A DNA stretch of 64,000 nucleotides, taken from assembly GCF_021869535.1 (NCBI RefSeq), contig NW_026262701.1, positions 48,918,001-48,982,000 of the forward strand, written 5' to 3'. The notes under the pieces are model-generated. The model was not told the DNA's origin and did not search any database. It saw only the letters and a program-made list of their open reading frames with translations. The stretch comes from Mytilus californianus (Eukaryota). The first letter of the stretch is position 1. Each line of letters starts with the position of its first letter. This document shows, one piece after another, positions 37,174 through 49,994 of the stretch. Position numbers and translations under genes: made by a program.

Positions 37174-38333
37174 AACTAGAACACACCCGCGAAATCGCGG
37201 GTATTTAGAGCTTGGTTGAAAGTATGTAAACTGTTGTAGGATGAATTTTTGTAAAAGATTTTATGTCTGGAGAATTTTAGAAAAGGTATCAAACTGAGTC
37301 ATAGGCACTTGGAGACAGGACAATTATTTTAAGCCCTCTCCCTTTTTTTCCAAAGTCCTTTGTTTTTTTGCTCTCTGTTAAATTCCATGATTTTGGCGTT
37401 TCTGTATACTATGAACATACATATAATATAAATAAACTGTATTAATAATTTGCTATTAACTATCAATTCCAAGTTTCTTTTCCACGGCGACCACTGCTAT
37501 ATTATATAGAGAGTCTCTATATATTATAGGATTATAATCATAGTATACATGCAGAATAACGCGAAAATAAATGTCCTGTCCCCGAGTAATTATGAAAATT
37601 ATGTTTAAAGAGGGGAGTAAAGATGGGGGGGGGGGGGGGGGTATCTGCACGGAAGAACGCGAAATGAAATTGCCACTTCACGATGAGCGAACAATTAAAA
37701 ATTTCTTGCACGTTGTTCTTTTTATCTATACAAGAAACACGGTGAATAACGAACCTTTTTCACGGCTGCACGTGAAATAAAAAGTGGCAAAACACGTTGC
37801 ACGAAAATAACCCTTTACCCCCTTTTTTAAAGTTTAAGGGAGCTACAATTTGATTTTTATGGGGGGCTAGGATAAAATTTGAAAAAAATATGCAGGACAG
37901 GAGTTTTGAGAAAAAAAAAAGGCAGGATGAGATTATTTGCAAAAAAAAGGCAGGATGACAATTTATGTAAAAACAAAAGTCAGGATAAACTAAAAAAAAA
38001 AGTCAGGACCGAATAGAGGGAAAAATAAAAAGGCAGGACAAAATTTTTCAACCTAGGCCCTCCCCCCCCCCCCCCCATAAATATCAAATGGTAGCTCCCT
38101 AAAATCGGAAGTTTTGAGTATGATTTAAAAGTCGTTCTGATGACGGAAACAATATCCGGACGCCTTTTTCTTTGTTTTTCTCCCAAAATAACTCAAACTG
38201 AATAATCATAAGAATGGATGACAAATGCGACTATGCATGGTACCTATAGGACACAGAGGCATGATGATTAATTTATTGGGAAAGGAAGAGAAGCGACACA
38301 CAAAATGAGGTCTTCTCGTTTAATAGTATAGAT
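37174..38333. mobile_element. Helentron/HINE-like non-autonomous element with nested MITEs
   Basis: AACTAGA start with a CCCGCGAAATCGCGGG hairpin; TTAATAGTATAGAT end; no TIR pair. Confidence 0.45.
37838..38099. mobile_element. PIF/Harbinger-like MITE
   Basis: About 33-bp TIRs GGGAGCTAC(A/C)ATTTGAT(T/A)TTTATGGGGGG with TAA duplicated on both sides. Confidence 0.85.
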
Positions 38334-38334
38334 T

Positions 38335-38872
38335 CAAAGACTCAAATGACCGGGTGGGGCAGACTGTTTCTTAAAACCGAGAATGCTCTTTACTGAACAT
38401 TTAAATACTTAAAAAGTGACTAAGTTCCAAGTCTTGAAAAATGAGCAACAATTCCTCTGTCAAACAATGCCATTATAGCAGGCCTAGGTGCACAACGTTA
38501 ACATATATGCATTCTATCTGCAAAGTTACAGGGATCTGGGCTGAAAACTGTAGGAGGAGTTGATTACAAAAAACTTGTACCCTCTTTCATAAATTTTGCG
38601 GAAAAAAGACTACGTTCCCAATTCTGGAAAATGAGAAAAACTTCCTCAAACAATTTCATAATAGCAGGTGCACAACTTCCTGTGCAATCTACCTGTGAAT
38701 TTTCTGGTAGATCTGGGTTGAAAACTGTAAAATGAGTTAATTACACAAATTAGGTACCCACTTTTCACCGGCCGGCTGCCCATCCACCCGCCCATTCATC
38801 CGCCCGACCATTCACCCGCCCTACATCACCAAACTATAAACCGGTTTGGGAATTCTTTCAACCCGGTCAAAA
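38335..38872. mobile_element. HINE/CvA-like element
   Basis: CACCCGCC/CATCCGCC microsatellite followed by a terminal hairpin ACCGGTT..AACCCGGT and CAAAA. Confidence 0.45.
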
Positions 38873-39084
38873 TAACTATTATAATTTACTTCTGAATATT
38901 AAAAAGTTTAATATCATTTATATTTAAAAGTTTAAACATACTTATTTCAACAGTTTCACATGAAATAAAAGCTTTATTAAGTGCTTCATGTTGCTGTTGA
39001 AAGCATTTTGATACAAAATTGTAAATTTTACTAGTGAATTGAAGGAATTAGCTAATGAAATGAAATAATGTGTGCCCAAAAGAC

Positions 39085-39495
39085 AATATTTATAGAATAA
39101 CTAATCGAAGAATTCAAATATAGAAAATTATTCCATATTGGTATAATTTAAGTAGGTTTCTCTATATGAATTGAATTTTGAATAAACAAGCATATTCACC
39201 TGGAGGAAAGTGATATTCACCGCGCTAAACGTCACGCGCTTTTACATGTAACGTTTTGGTAAACTGTTTGATGTACAATTGGGTTTGGTAAATATTTGTC
39301 ATTTATTGCATTGTTTTCTCTCGGAATATCATGGAATAAAACAATCACTGTCTTTTGTTTCGGTAAATATGTGGTTTAATTGACCTTTGAAAAACTGATA
39401 TTCACTTCGGCCGTCGGCTTCAGTGAATATCAGATTTTCAAAAGTCAATAAGACCGCATATTTACCTCATCAAAAGACAGTAATTGTATAATATT
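39085..39495. mobile_element. Foldback-ended non-autonomous element
   Basis: Long palindrome ~39340-39490 (GGTAAATATG..TGATATTCACT / AGTGAATATCAG..CATATTTACC) around a GC-rich core. Confidence 0.6.
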
Positions 39496-41940
39496 GTAAA
39501 CATCTCAAAGTTCACATATGGAGTTATGAAACTGCATATTTAATTAAAGATTGAAAAATGGTGAAAATTGACTCTACTTCTTTAACTTAACATCGAAGTT
39601 AAAAAGAGTTAATTATAAAATAACAAAATAAGAAAAGAAAGAAAGAAAAAGCAAGCAAAGTAAAAAAAAAAAAAACAGAAAAAAAAAATAGGATAATTAT
39701 ATCGGATTTTGATATACATGCATTACATTATATAACCGTAATACATTATGGTCACATGTGGATCAAAGACAGTTAAACACGAACAGGTTGCTTTGTTTCT
39801 ATTTCATAGTCAAATATTCAGGAGCAGTTTTGTTTAGATCATATATGCTAATAAGGTATGCTATAAATTTTTCACATAGTACTTATTCATATTTTTTTTA
39901 ATAATCAATTAAGAATAATGTCCAGAAATTAGAACATACAACCATAAAATTTATATCTGTACTTTCATATTCGTTTGCATAATATGTGTATTTTACCCAA
40001 AAGAAGTTGCTTTTAATTATGCATATGAAAATTCATTTATTAATACCACACTCTATGCACGCAAAGAGCGAACCTATAAATGGTTAATTGTGATGTATGT
40101 AACCGACTCAATGGTTGCTTGGTACATGTATTTCTATGCGACCCGATAAACAGCCCTTCACAAATAAACCATACAATCGGTTCTGTTCGTAATAAAAGAT
40201 ACAAATACACAGGCCAATCAACGTAGATTTATGACAGGCGATACAATATTTTTTCTGATAAAACATGCACAAAACATTTTTTTTTAATTGCTATATATGT
40301 ATACCTTTTAGAAGTATAAAAATTCTTATCGCTTTCTTTAAGGTTTTGGCATATGCTTGTCGTTTGGTGCTGTATTTAGAAATTTTTAATTGATGTTTAT
40401 ATTAGTGTTTCATGTTCTGTCCGACTCGGCTTCTGTCAAAATCCATTATTTATTTAGGTGGACAATACACATTTTATTACTAGATTTATGATGTCTGTGG
40501 TAGAGACGGCAATGTTTTCTTAACCGTCTCATGAACTTGGTGCACGTGTTAATTTTCAATATTTGTCAGGCTTATTCAGTCAGTTGCATTAATTAGTTAC
40601 AATGTAGTAGCAGTAGCAGTGCAATATTCAAATCAACCCTCCAGCCGCCCCAACACCGCCGAATTTTTACGAAGATGTTGTGCCTTTATGGTTCACGTTA
40701 TGTTACTATTATAAATGTTAAGGCCAGACATTTATGAACATTTTCTGAGTAGTTAGGGTGCCTACGTAACTTAACGAGGAATAGTCTCATCTTGATTGCT
40801 CAACAGCTCTATTTCACGTCGGTCTATGCCCACAAAGATTTACTCTTATGCGGTACCACGTGGAAAATCAAGTAAGGCTTTACCGCTCAGGAACGGCTTG
40901 CTAAAGTACTCTGAGACAAGTAGACTGGTAGACGTACACACACGTGTATGCAAATACCCCTATGGTGACGCATTTCTGTCAAATAGATGTGGCTAGCTCA
41001 GGCACAGTATTTTAGCGGCAAATTATCCTTAATTATCTGAGAACACACTATCATTTTATGTACATACTGTGTGCTTTGTGTCAACTATAGGTAGCATGTA
41101 ATTTGTTTTGTTCTTGATTTACAATATGACGGAACAGAGTGAATTACATGATACTAGAAAAAAAATATCCTCAAGCATTCACAGTGTGCCGCGCACACTG
41201 CTCGGATAGTTAAGTATAATGTTAGCGTCAGTTAGATTACATTCATCGCTTTTTATTCAATGACGCCAAGGAAGTTTTCTGTAACATAACGTGTTGCCAT
41301 TAAGCCCAAATATTTGCATAATAAAAATAATTATTTTATCATGTTTTATATCTCAGTACTTCAACAATATCAGACTGGGTATCTTGAAATACTTCCTGCT
41401 GGACGTTTACAGGCTTTATGTCAACAATAACTACTTTTGTAATTATGGTATAGTGTCTGTGATCGTTCTTATAAGAGTGGTCGTTAATAGCTATCAATTA
41501 TCTGCGGTCAAGGTTTATTTATATTTAGTTGTATATCTCTAATCATTGTTCACGCCAGTAATTCTCTTATCAATTGGTCTATTAAGGTCAACGCATTGAG
41601 GTTTTATTAGTTAATTGGCTTTGGTCTGCTGTGTCGGTATTTACTTAGATCATACGCTTGATGTGTATTTTATTATGTTTGAAACATGTTATATAAAATC
41701 TTATTTGTTTTTCGTTTATTGTTTTGTATGTACATCACGCTATTAGTTTTCTACTTTGAATTATTTTACGTTTGGCATTTCGAGGCCTTTTATGGTTTCC
41801 TGTGAGGTATAGGTTTTTCTCATTGTTGAAAGCCTTATGTGGCGACATATAGTTGCTAACTTCTACGCCACTTGGTCTTTGGCAGAGAGTTTTCTCATTG
41901 GCTACATACTACATTTTCTATTCTTTATTTTTATTTAAGA

Positions 41941-42099
41941 AATAATTCTTTCATGCCATGCTCTATGCTCATTTTAACATGGGTAGGCATTATATTTGTC
42001 AATATCTTTATACCGAGCGTTAGCCAGGTTTAAAATGTTGACAAATATAATGCCTACCCATGTTAAAATTAGCATAGAGCATGGCATGATGGAATTATT
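41941..42099. mobile_element. Foldback MITE
   Basis: About 62-bp near-perfect arms (CATGCCATGCTCTATGCT..GCATTATATTTGTCAA and its reverse complement). Confidence 0.8.
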
Positions 42100-43172
42100 T
42101 TGATTCTAATAGGAAAATTTAGGACTTTTGTACTTCGAAGCGGACCTATAATACGCGTTTAAAAGGCATTCGTTTTGATTTGATGAAGCCAAAACGTTAT
42201 AGAAAATCACCGTTTCACGATAAGCAAATGAACAGATACATTTAAACTCACTTTTCGAATGATTTTATTTAATTTCCTAGCGAGCAACACCAAAACAAAT
42301 GTCCATTTTGATTTCCGGCGTTGTTCAAAGCACAGCTGACGTTGCAATTTCAATTGTGACGTCAATCACGTGCAGCCCATTTTTATTGGAATTAGAACAT
42401 GGCTTTGTTTCTAAAGCGAAAGAAGAACATCATATCAGAATTGAAAATAAAAATGTCATTGTCTGACAATCGTACAAATTAAAACAAAAGTACTTTCAAC
42501 CGCTAAAACTTCACTAAAAGATAAATTTTATGATCCCAAACATAGGACAATTTAGAATAACATGATGTTCATATTCAGTTAAAATTCAATTTTTAAGTCT
42601 AAAATCACCCAAATGATTGGCGTGGGTATAGAAATATGGTTACATGGACTTCTCCAATCTGACAGTTATATCCCATCATGCTAAAGAAAGGCGTCCGCTT
42701 GGCTTTGCGGGACGTTAAATCCTTTTTCTGGTATTGGAAAAATAATTTAATTGGTTCTCGTCCTACGAATGCATGAAATATTTGCCACTGCAAAAAGAAA
42801 TTACTTTACCGAAGTAATTGAATTAATGCCAACCAACTATCCTTCCTAGAAGAGACAAATTTACTGTTCTGTGCCAATTTTCGGTTATTTTTTTTTTAGA
42901 TGAATTATAATTGCATATAAAGCACACTTCTTAATATTTTAATGTAAGTAATAGAAATTCAAGAATTCATTTAAAATCAATAAGAAATTTCAAAATAGTA
43001 TAATTCCATTTCATAACAGTATTAAGTATAGGTATACAACAGACCTTATTTGCCCAAATAAATATCTTTTGTCTGTTATATTATTGGTTCATGATAATCC
43101 AATTATATCTCAGCACTTTGTTACTTTAATTTGTTTTTTTTAATTATAATTGATTTTTTTTTAAATTACAGT

Positions 43173-43305
43173 ATGTTCCTCTGGGTAATTGTGTTTCTGG
43201 GTTGTATTTCTATGATCGAGTCAACAACATGTAATAGATCCAAAGAGAGAACAATGATATCTGAAATGCGGTCATTACTTGAGTCCTTAGAAAACAAGAT
43301 AAACG
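43173..43305 (+). pseudogene. C-type lectin 1 (perlucin-like), coding exon 1: signal peptide and helical neck
   Basis: TTACAG|T ATG; MFLWVIVFLGCISMIES...; GTAAAT donor, phase 1; paralogous to 62423-62546. Confidence 0.85.
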
Positions 43306-43644
43306 GTAAATATGCTTTATATCTGTGGAAACTTTACAAAATTACACATACACAAGTAAATCAAGCTTCACTTTGGTACAAAATTGGACAATCATTACAG
43401 AAAATAGTTTGATATAATGTTGTTTTATTATTTTAATTAAGGTTATTATTAATATGTTTTGGTAGGGGAAGGGTACTTGTATTTTAACTTAGTTTTCAAC
43501 GTGTTGTTGTGCGTCTAAATCACTTTAATACTTCTTGAAACTAAAACGTTATGAATTTTTTTTTAAACTATGTATAATGCATATGTTCATTTCAATATTG
43601 AGCTACAGTTCTTGGTATGGTACTTATTATATTTTTTCTAACAG

Positions 43645-43755
43645 ACAATTCTTGTGAGTGCAATGCCAATGAAAACAATTGTCTAGACGGTTGGAAGAAA
43701 TACAAAGATCACTCTACTTTTTTCACCTGATAGTAAAACATGGCATAATGCTGCA
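43645..43755 (+). pseudogene. C-type lectin 1, exon 2 (frameshifted)
   Basis: CLDGWKKYKDH then a net -2 nt relative to the paralog (TGC>TC and T7>T6), giving TGA at ~43728; splice sites intact. Confidence 0.85.
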
Positions 43756-43791
43756 GTAGGTCATTTTTTTATTTAAACTTATATAATTTAA

Positions 43792-44084
43792 TTTTGGATG
43801 TAACGCGTCTTCTGATTGGCGGACGTTGTTTTGTTTATAAGCTCATAGACATAATTTTGTCATGTGACCGTGACGTCATCAACGTTTTTTCATGGTTTAC
43901 TCCGGTTTAAAATGGAATTTAGAATTAAATTATAAGAAATAACTGTAATATTTTTTCTGTCTATTCGAAATAACATAAAAAATGTGGTGCACACTTTAAA
44001 ATAACCCGTTACACGGGTTATTCAGTGTGCACCACATTTTTGATGTTATTTCTTCATAGACAGAACAAATATTACAGTTATTCC
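43792..44084. mobile_element. Foldback-ended element in a lectin 1 intron
   Basis: Flanked by TTAA; 3' palindrome ~43945-44088; absent from the homologous intron of lectin 2 (~63040). Confidence 0.75.
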
Positions 44085-44615
44085 TTAAAAAAGGAAATTA
44101 TTTACAAGTTTCCTTGCAACTGGTCAATTCATTTGAATCAAGAGCTATTCGATCATTTATTAGATGTTGGATCAAAATTTCTCTATTGAAACTACTGGAT
44201 TCAGGTGCCACTACCTAGTCCCACGTGCATAATGTGTGTTCTAAAATTTGACATATTTTAATAAAAAGATAAAAAGAAATGAACCCTTGCAATACTATTG
44301 GCTAAATAATGATTGTTTTCGGTAATATATAGGAGCATTTATATATATATATATATATACGAATCACTCTAATTTTGTTACTACAATAACTACTAGAGGT
44401 TTTTCTTGTGCAATGGTAGGCATTTTGTTTCAAGGCTTTTTTTCATCTTTCTTTTTTCTGTCAATTATGCCTTGTAATATAATAAATATTTCATAAATTG
44501 TATGCAAGTACATGAGATTTTCTCGTTTAGTGAAAAGTCAGAAGTAGAATTTAATACTAATAATGTCGATTTTTGTTATTGTCTTGGGTATAACGTTCTA
44601 TTTCTGTCATTCCAG

Positions 44616-44697
44616 AATCAATGCAAAAGTATGGGAGGCTACCTTGTGAAGATTACAGACTCAGCAGAAAACTCGTGGGTTCGTGACATGCTTACTA
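44616..44697 (+). pseudogene. C-type lectin 1, exon 3
   Basis: CCAG|NQCKSMGGYLVKITDSAENSWVRDMLT|GTAAGT, the typical CTLD helix region. Confidence 0.88.
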
Positions 44698-45288
44698 GTA
44701 AGTATATTTTATACGTATGATAAGATACTACGACACGATTACATTTTTGCAAAACAGCTGTTACAGTATTAGAAAAATGATAAAAAAGACAAAAAGTGTG
44801 TGTACATTGTTTTTTTCAAAAATAAAACCAAAATTGATGGAAAGAGTGATCGTATCTTGTTATTTGGATAAAGGTAATATGCGGTATCAGCAAATACATT
44901 GCCACTTCTTACAGTGTGTTTCATATAAATTTCTTTAAGTTCGAAAATATACCAACCAATACATACTGATTTTGTTATCAGTAAATTAAAACCATACTAA
45001 ACATTATTGTTATAAACATATGTGCTTTCACGGTACTACAATCTCTCGATACCTATATTTTGGCATTGCACATGGTTATTTTTTTCTCTGACTGATAATG
45101 ACGTCTTTACACTAAATCCATTGAACGTTGGATGTGTACTGATTGATATTTTTGTCTAAGATACATGATTTTTTTAATTAGTTGTTATTGGCTTTGAACT
45201 AGCTGTCATGATCAGTAACTGCGAATAATCTCAGATCTGTACTCAGTGTCTTTTTTGTTGTTTGGGATGGGGGATGGATAATATATTA

Positions 45289-45337
<49 letters not shown>
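45289..45337. repeat. (TAT)n microsatellite
   Basis: Direct reading. Confidence 0.95.
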
Positions 45338-45674
45338 TTATCCACATAAATGTAGAAATGAATTAAAAAGTTTTGTCTGTTAAGCCGAGTTATTGAGTTC
45401 AGAAATCAATGTTGTAATAATTCCAAAACTCAATTACGAAAAACAATTCTGAAATTCAACGGAATTCATAATTCCTAATTTTGTGGTTAATGTAACCTTA
45501 CGAAAACGTTTGTATAATTTCAAAATATTGTTATGCAGACAATAAATGAAAATGTCGTGTTATTGATGTCTCTCATTATATTGTGAGTTCATTTTGATTT
45601 GCATGAATAATTACCCCTTTATAAACTAGGACTTTTAATATGTGATTATTCATGGTTATTATTGGTGAAAACAG

Positions 45675-45910
45675 AATCGGTAAAGCACCATCATGGCTCT
45701 TGGATTGGAGCGTCAGACTTAAAGAAAGAAGGAGACTGCAGATGGATTCATGACTCGTCTAAGGTTTGTTATTCTAAGTGGCATCCAGGCCAACCGAGCA
45801 ATTATGGAAACAATGAAGACTGTGGTCATTTTGCGTCAGGTTATGAGTATGAATGGAATGATGCACCATGCAACATAGAAAGAATGGGATATATCTGTGA
45901 GTGTTCACAT
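45675..45910 (+). pseudogene. C-type lectin 1, exon 4 (carbohydrate-recognition core)
   Basis: WIGASD..EG..RW...W..GQPSN..EDC...WNDAPC...YICE; GTAAGT donor at 45911. Confidence 0.9.
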
Positions 45911-46779
45911 GTAAGTTTTCAATCAAACAAGACCATTCTCATTTTCATATCTATATTTGTTTACTGCTTTACTTATGGCCAAAATGTTTGGTCCTCTGGT
46001 AGGTTTGCTATCACTCCTCATTTATACTTACTTAAGCGTTATAAACGACAGTTTTATTTCAATATTAAAATCTCTTACTTGTAAGTTATGGCATAATTTA
46101 GACAATAAATCGCTGATATATTTCAACCCGCCTTCTCTTCGCTCTTCTAGCAAGCTCGCTTTGGAAAGGTGTTAATAGTGGATCATCGTTTTATATTTCC
46201 TGAGATAAAATTTGCTTACGGTTTGTCAAAATGTAGATTTGATCATGCTTTTAAATCAGGCCGTAAGTTTTATCGTTTGAATTGTTCTACATTTGTCATT
46301 TTGTGGCCTTTTAAAGCTGACTAAGTGGTGTGGGTTTTGTTCATTGTTCAAGACCGTACGGTGATCTATAGCTGTTAACTTCTATGTCATTTGGTTTCTG
46401 GTGGAAGGTTGTCTCATTGGCAATTATACCACATCTTCTTATTTTTTTTTTCCTTTTTACAAAACTATTACAAAAAATAAGAGTGACCGTGCTTTATATT
46501 TCATGATTCATGAAAAAAAACTTGTGTGAATAAAAAGAAATCTATGAGATATAATTTTGAAATAAAATATGAGGAGGTAGGTTTTATAATATGCTTTGAG
46601 AAAATAAAAAGTAAAAATGGTGTCACCGAAGAAATGAAAATTTCATTAACATCGTTTTATAATTTTGGATAAGTTGAAAAATTGAATCGAAAAAAAGCAG
46701 TTTTTATAATGCAAAAAATCACTTATTTTTCTTTACTTTAATAAACAGTCTTTTAGCAAAAAACTAGGCCGATTGTGTA

Positions 46780-49140
46780 CAGCTATTTTACACACAATCA
46801 AAGATGGCGATGGCTTGCATTCTAATGTAGCAGGATATGTTTACAGCTATCATTTTGGATATTGCAAGTCAGAATTTTCAAACCAGTTCGCATTGAAAAA
46901 GATGAAAAAGAGAAATGATCCTTTCTTAAACTTTCCTTTGCCAACAAAGGTCTCGATGCCATCAACTTGGGCAATATCCTTCATCATAAATTAGTTCACT
47001 CGAAAATACCTCCCTATTTTAAAGATCAGTCTGTACCTTTCATTTCTTATACATATACCAAACCAATTGCAACTAAAATTTTCAATTACAAACACGTGTT
47101 GCAGTATCTCAATATTGATGACTTCAAGTCTAAAATTCCTGATTGCACCTGTGCTAGTTCCCCATTCATAAATATTCCGGCTGGCCACGTTATTACTGGT
47201 GACCTAAACATTGTCAAAAGCACTTCTCTGCGAAATGTGTTATCCAAAGGCCCGAAATATCGTGAGCCTAAATCCATCAATTGGAAACACAACTTCAAAA
47301 TACTGATGGATGCAGTCGGGGATTATGTCAGGCAATGGGCCAATCGCGAGAAAGAAGACGTAGATACCCTGTCCGAATGAATTGAGGCTGTGAGGTCGTT
47401 AATACAAATCAGAATTAAGAAACTGAATGGGTCTATTTATACCCATACTACATCAATATTTATCGACCCAAATGTTGCTTAACACTTGTCCTACCTCTAT
47501 GACAAATATGTTGTTGTCCCTGCAGATAAAGCCCCCAAACAACATCATTTTTGTGTGTAAATCACATAACATAAACGGCTTGATAAATAAATTAGTTATT
47601 GAAAATTCACTTGGAAACTCAACGTATACCACCACGACACTTGCTAAAGAGGAAATCCTGGATAATCATAGGTCTGTTCTATGTTCCTTTGGAATTTTAA
47701 CAAAAGATGAAGAACTGGATCTTCCATGACTGTATTGGATACCTAAACTACATACGTGCCCTTACAAACAACGGTATATTGCTGGGTCTTCCAAATGCTC
47801 CGCGTAACCTCTTTCTAAATTATTAACATCAATTTTATCAGCAATCTAAGCCGGGCTTCAAAGTTATTGTGAAACTACCTATTCTAGAGGTGGCGTGAAT
47901 CAGATGTGGATACTAAAAAATTAATCTTTTAGAGTACATACAAAATCTAAGACTCTTTTATCTTGCAACAGTTTTAAAACATTTGACTTGTCTACAGTTT
48001 ACACAAGTATTCCTCATTCTAAACTGAAAGACAAATCGAAAGAGTTGGTCCTGCTTTGTTTCATAAAAAGGATGGCCAACGTAGATACAAGTATCTTGTC
48101 TTAGGGAGGGATACATCCTACTTTGTAAAAAATATCACTCTGATTCTAACAAAAAATTCTCTGAAACTGACATTATCAAGATGCTTGATTTCTTGATTGA
48201 CAACATATTTGTTACGTTAATTTGGAGGACGTATTTTTCAACAAACAATCGGCAGTCCTCATGGGAACCAACTGTGGCCCTCTTCTTGCAGACTTTTTCC
48301 TTTATTCATATAAGGCTGACGTCATACATGAAGAAAGAAAAGAAGTTAGTAGTATCCTTTAACTTTACTTTCCGCTAATAGAGTTATTCTCTCACTAAAT
48401 AATTCAAAATTTGGTGACTATGTTGAACGCATCTTTCCCATCGAACTTAAGATAAAAGATACAACAGATACAGTTAGGCCTGCCTCATATCTTGACTTAC
48501 ATCTAGATATCGACAATGAGGGTCGGTTAAAAGTAAAACTTTATGAAAAAAGAGATGATGTCAGTTTCCCAATTGTGAACTATCCATTTTATGTAGCAAA
48601 ATTCCAACAGCGCCTGCATACGGAGTATATATCTCCCAGTTGATACGATAATCCAGGGCTTGTATTTCCTATCATGATTTCCTTGATAGAGGGTTGCTGC
48701 TCACAAGGAAGCAATTAAAGCAAGAGTTCCAAGTGGTGAAGTTCAAATCATCCCTTCGTAAATTTTACGGACGCAATCACGAGTTGGTTTACCGTTACGG
48801 AATATCCGTTTAACAGATGATAGCGGTAAAGTTGCTAATATCGTAACTACAATCCCGTCCCCTTTTCCCGAATGTGACCTACCTAGTTAGACTTATTACC
48901 GGCACGACGGATGCCACATGTGGAGCAGGATCTGCTTACCCTTCCGGAGCATCTGAGATCACCCCCAGTTTTTGGTGGGGTTCGTGTTGATTGGTTTTTA
49001 GTTTTCAATGTTGTGTTTTATGTACTATTGTTTGTCTGTTGGTCTTTTTTCTTTTTTAGCCATGGCGTTGTCAGTTTATTTTCGACTTATGAGTTTGAAT
49101 GTCCCTTTGGTATCTTTCGCCTCTCTTTTTTAACAGCTCG
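46780..49140 (+). mobile_element. Penelope-like retroelement, degenerate reverse transcriptase
   Basis: Fragments across frames: KGPKYREP, PADKAPNNIIFVCK, YWIPKLH, YTSIPH, MGTNC, SYLDLHL, YGVYISQLIR. Multiple stop codons and frameshifts; ends in a T-rich tail. Confidence 0.85.
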
Positions 49141-49325
49141 GAGCATATGAGATCACCATCGGTTTTCTGTTGGTTCGTGTTGCCCAGTCTGAATGTTTTT
49201 GTTTAGTGGTTTGTAGACGGGCGTTTGGCTTTTCGTAGTTTTTTTTCCTTTTTTGCCATGGCATTTTTTGTAAATCTTCAACTTATTGTTTTTGATTGTC
49301 CCTGACTCTTTTTATGCTGTCATTT

Positions 49326-49985
49326 GTCATGGTGCTGATGACAGGTAATGCAATTCAACGCAGTCCCTTTTCATATTGGTGATGCAAGTGCTTGTAATTT
49401 TATGCTGTCAGTTTTCATGGTTTTAATACATTGTAACAGGGACAGTTCCTTTGCATGGTGCTGATGACAGGGAATGTTATTTTATGCAGTCCTTTTTCAT
49501 GTTGCTAAATATGTACCGGGGAATTTAATATTACACAGTCCCTTGTCATTGTGCTGATGAGGTTGAATGTAATTTTATACAGTCCTTTTTCATGGGGTGA
49601 TCACAGGGCATGTTATTTTATGCAATACATTTTCGTTGTCTTGATAATAGGGATGGAATGTTATGCAGTACCTTTTCATGGTACTGATGCCAAGGAATGT
49701 AATTTTACGCAATCCCTTTTCATGGAGTCGGTAACAGGAAATATAATTTTATGCTTTAACTTTTCATGATATTGATACATTGTAGCAGGGAATGTAATTT
49801 GATACAGTCCCCCTTTAAATGGTGTTGACAACAGGGCATGTAATTTAATATGTTGTCTCATTTCATGGTGATAATAACAATTCATACAGTAACTTTTTAT
49901 GGTGGTAATTACATTTTACGTGTTACTTTCCATGGTGTTGACACATGCACAGGGAATGTAATGTAGTATGTCAATTTACATGATA
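49326..49985. repeat. Degenerate ~44-bp minisatellite, about 15 units
   Basis: Recurring CATGGTG(C/T)TGA..ACAGGGAATGTAATTTTAT.CAGTCC(C/T)TTT. Confidence 0.8.
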
Positions 49986-49994
49986 TTGCACAGT

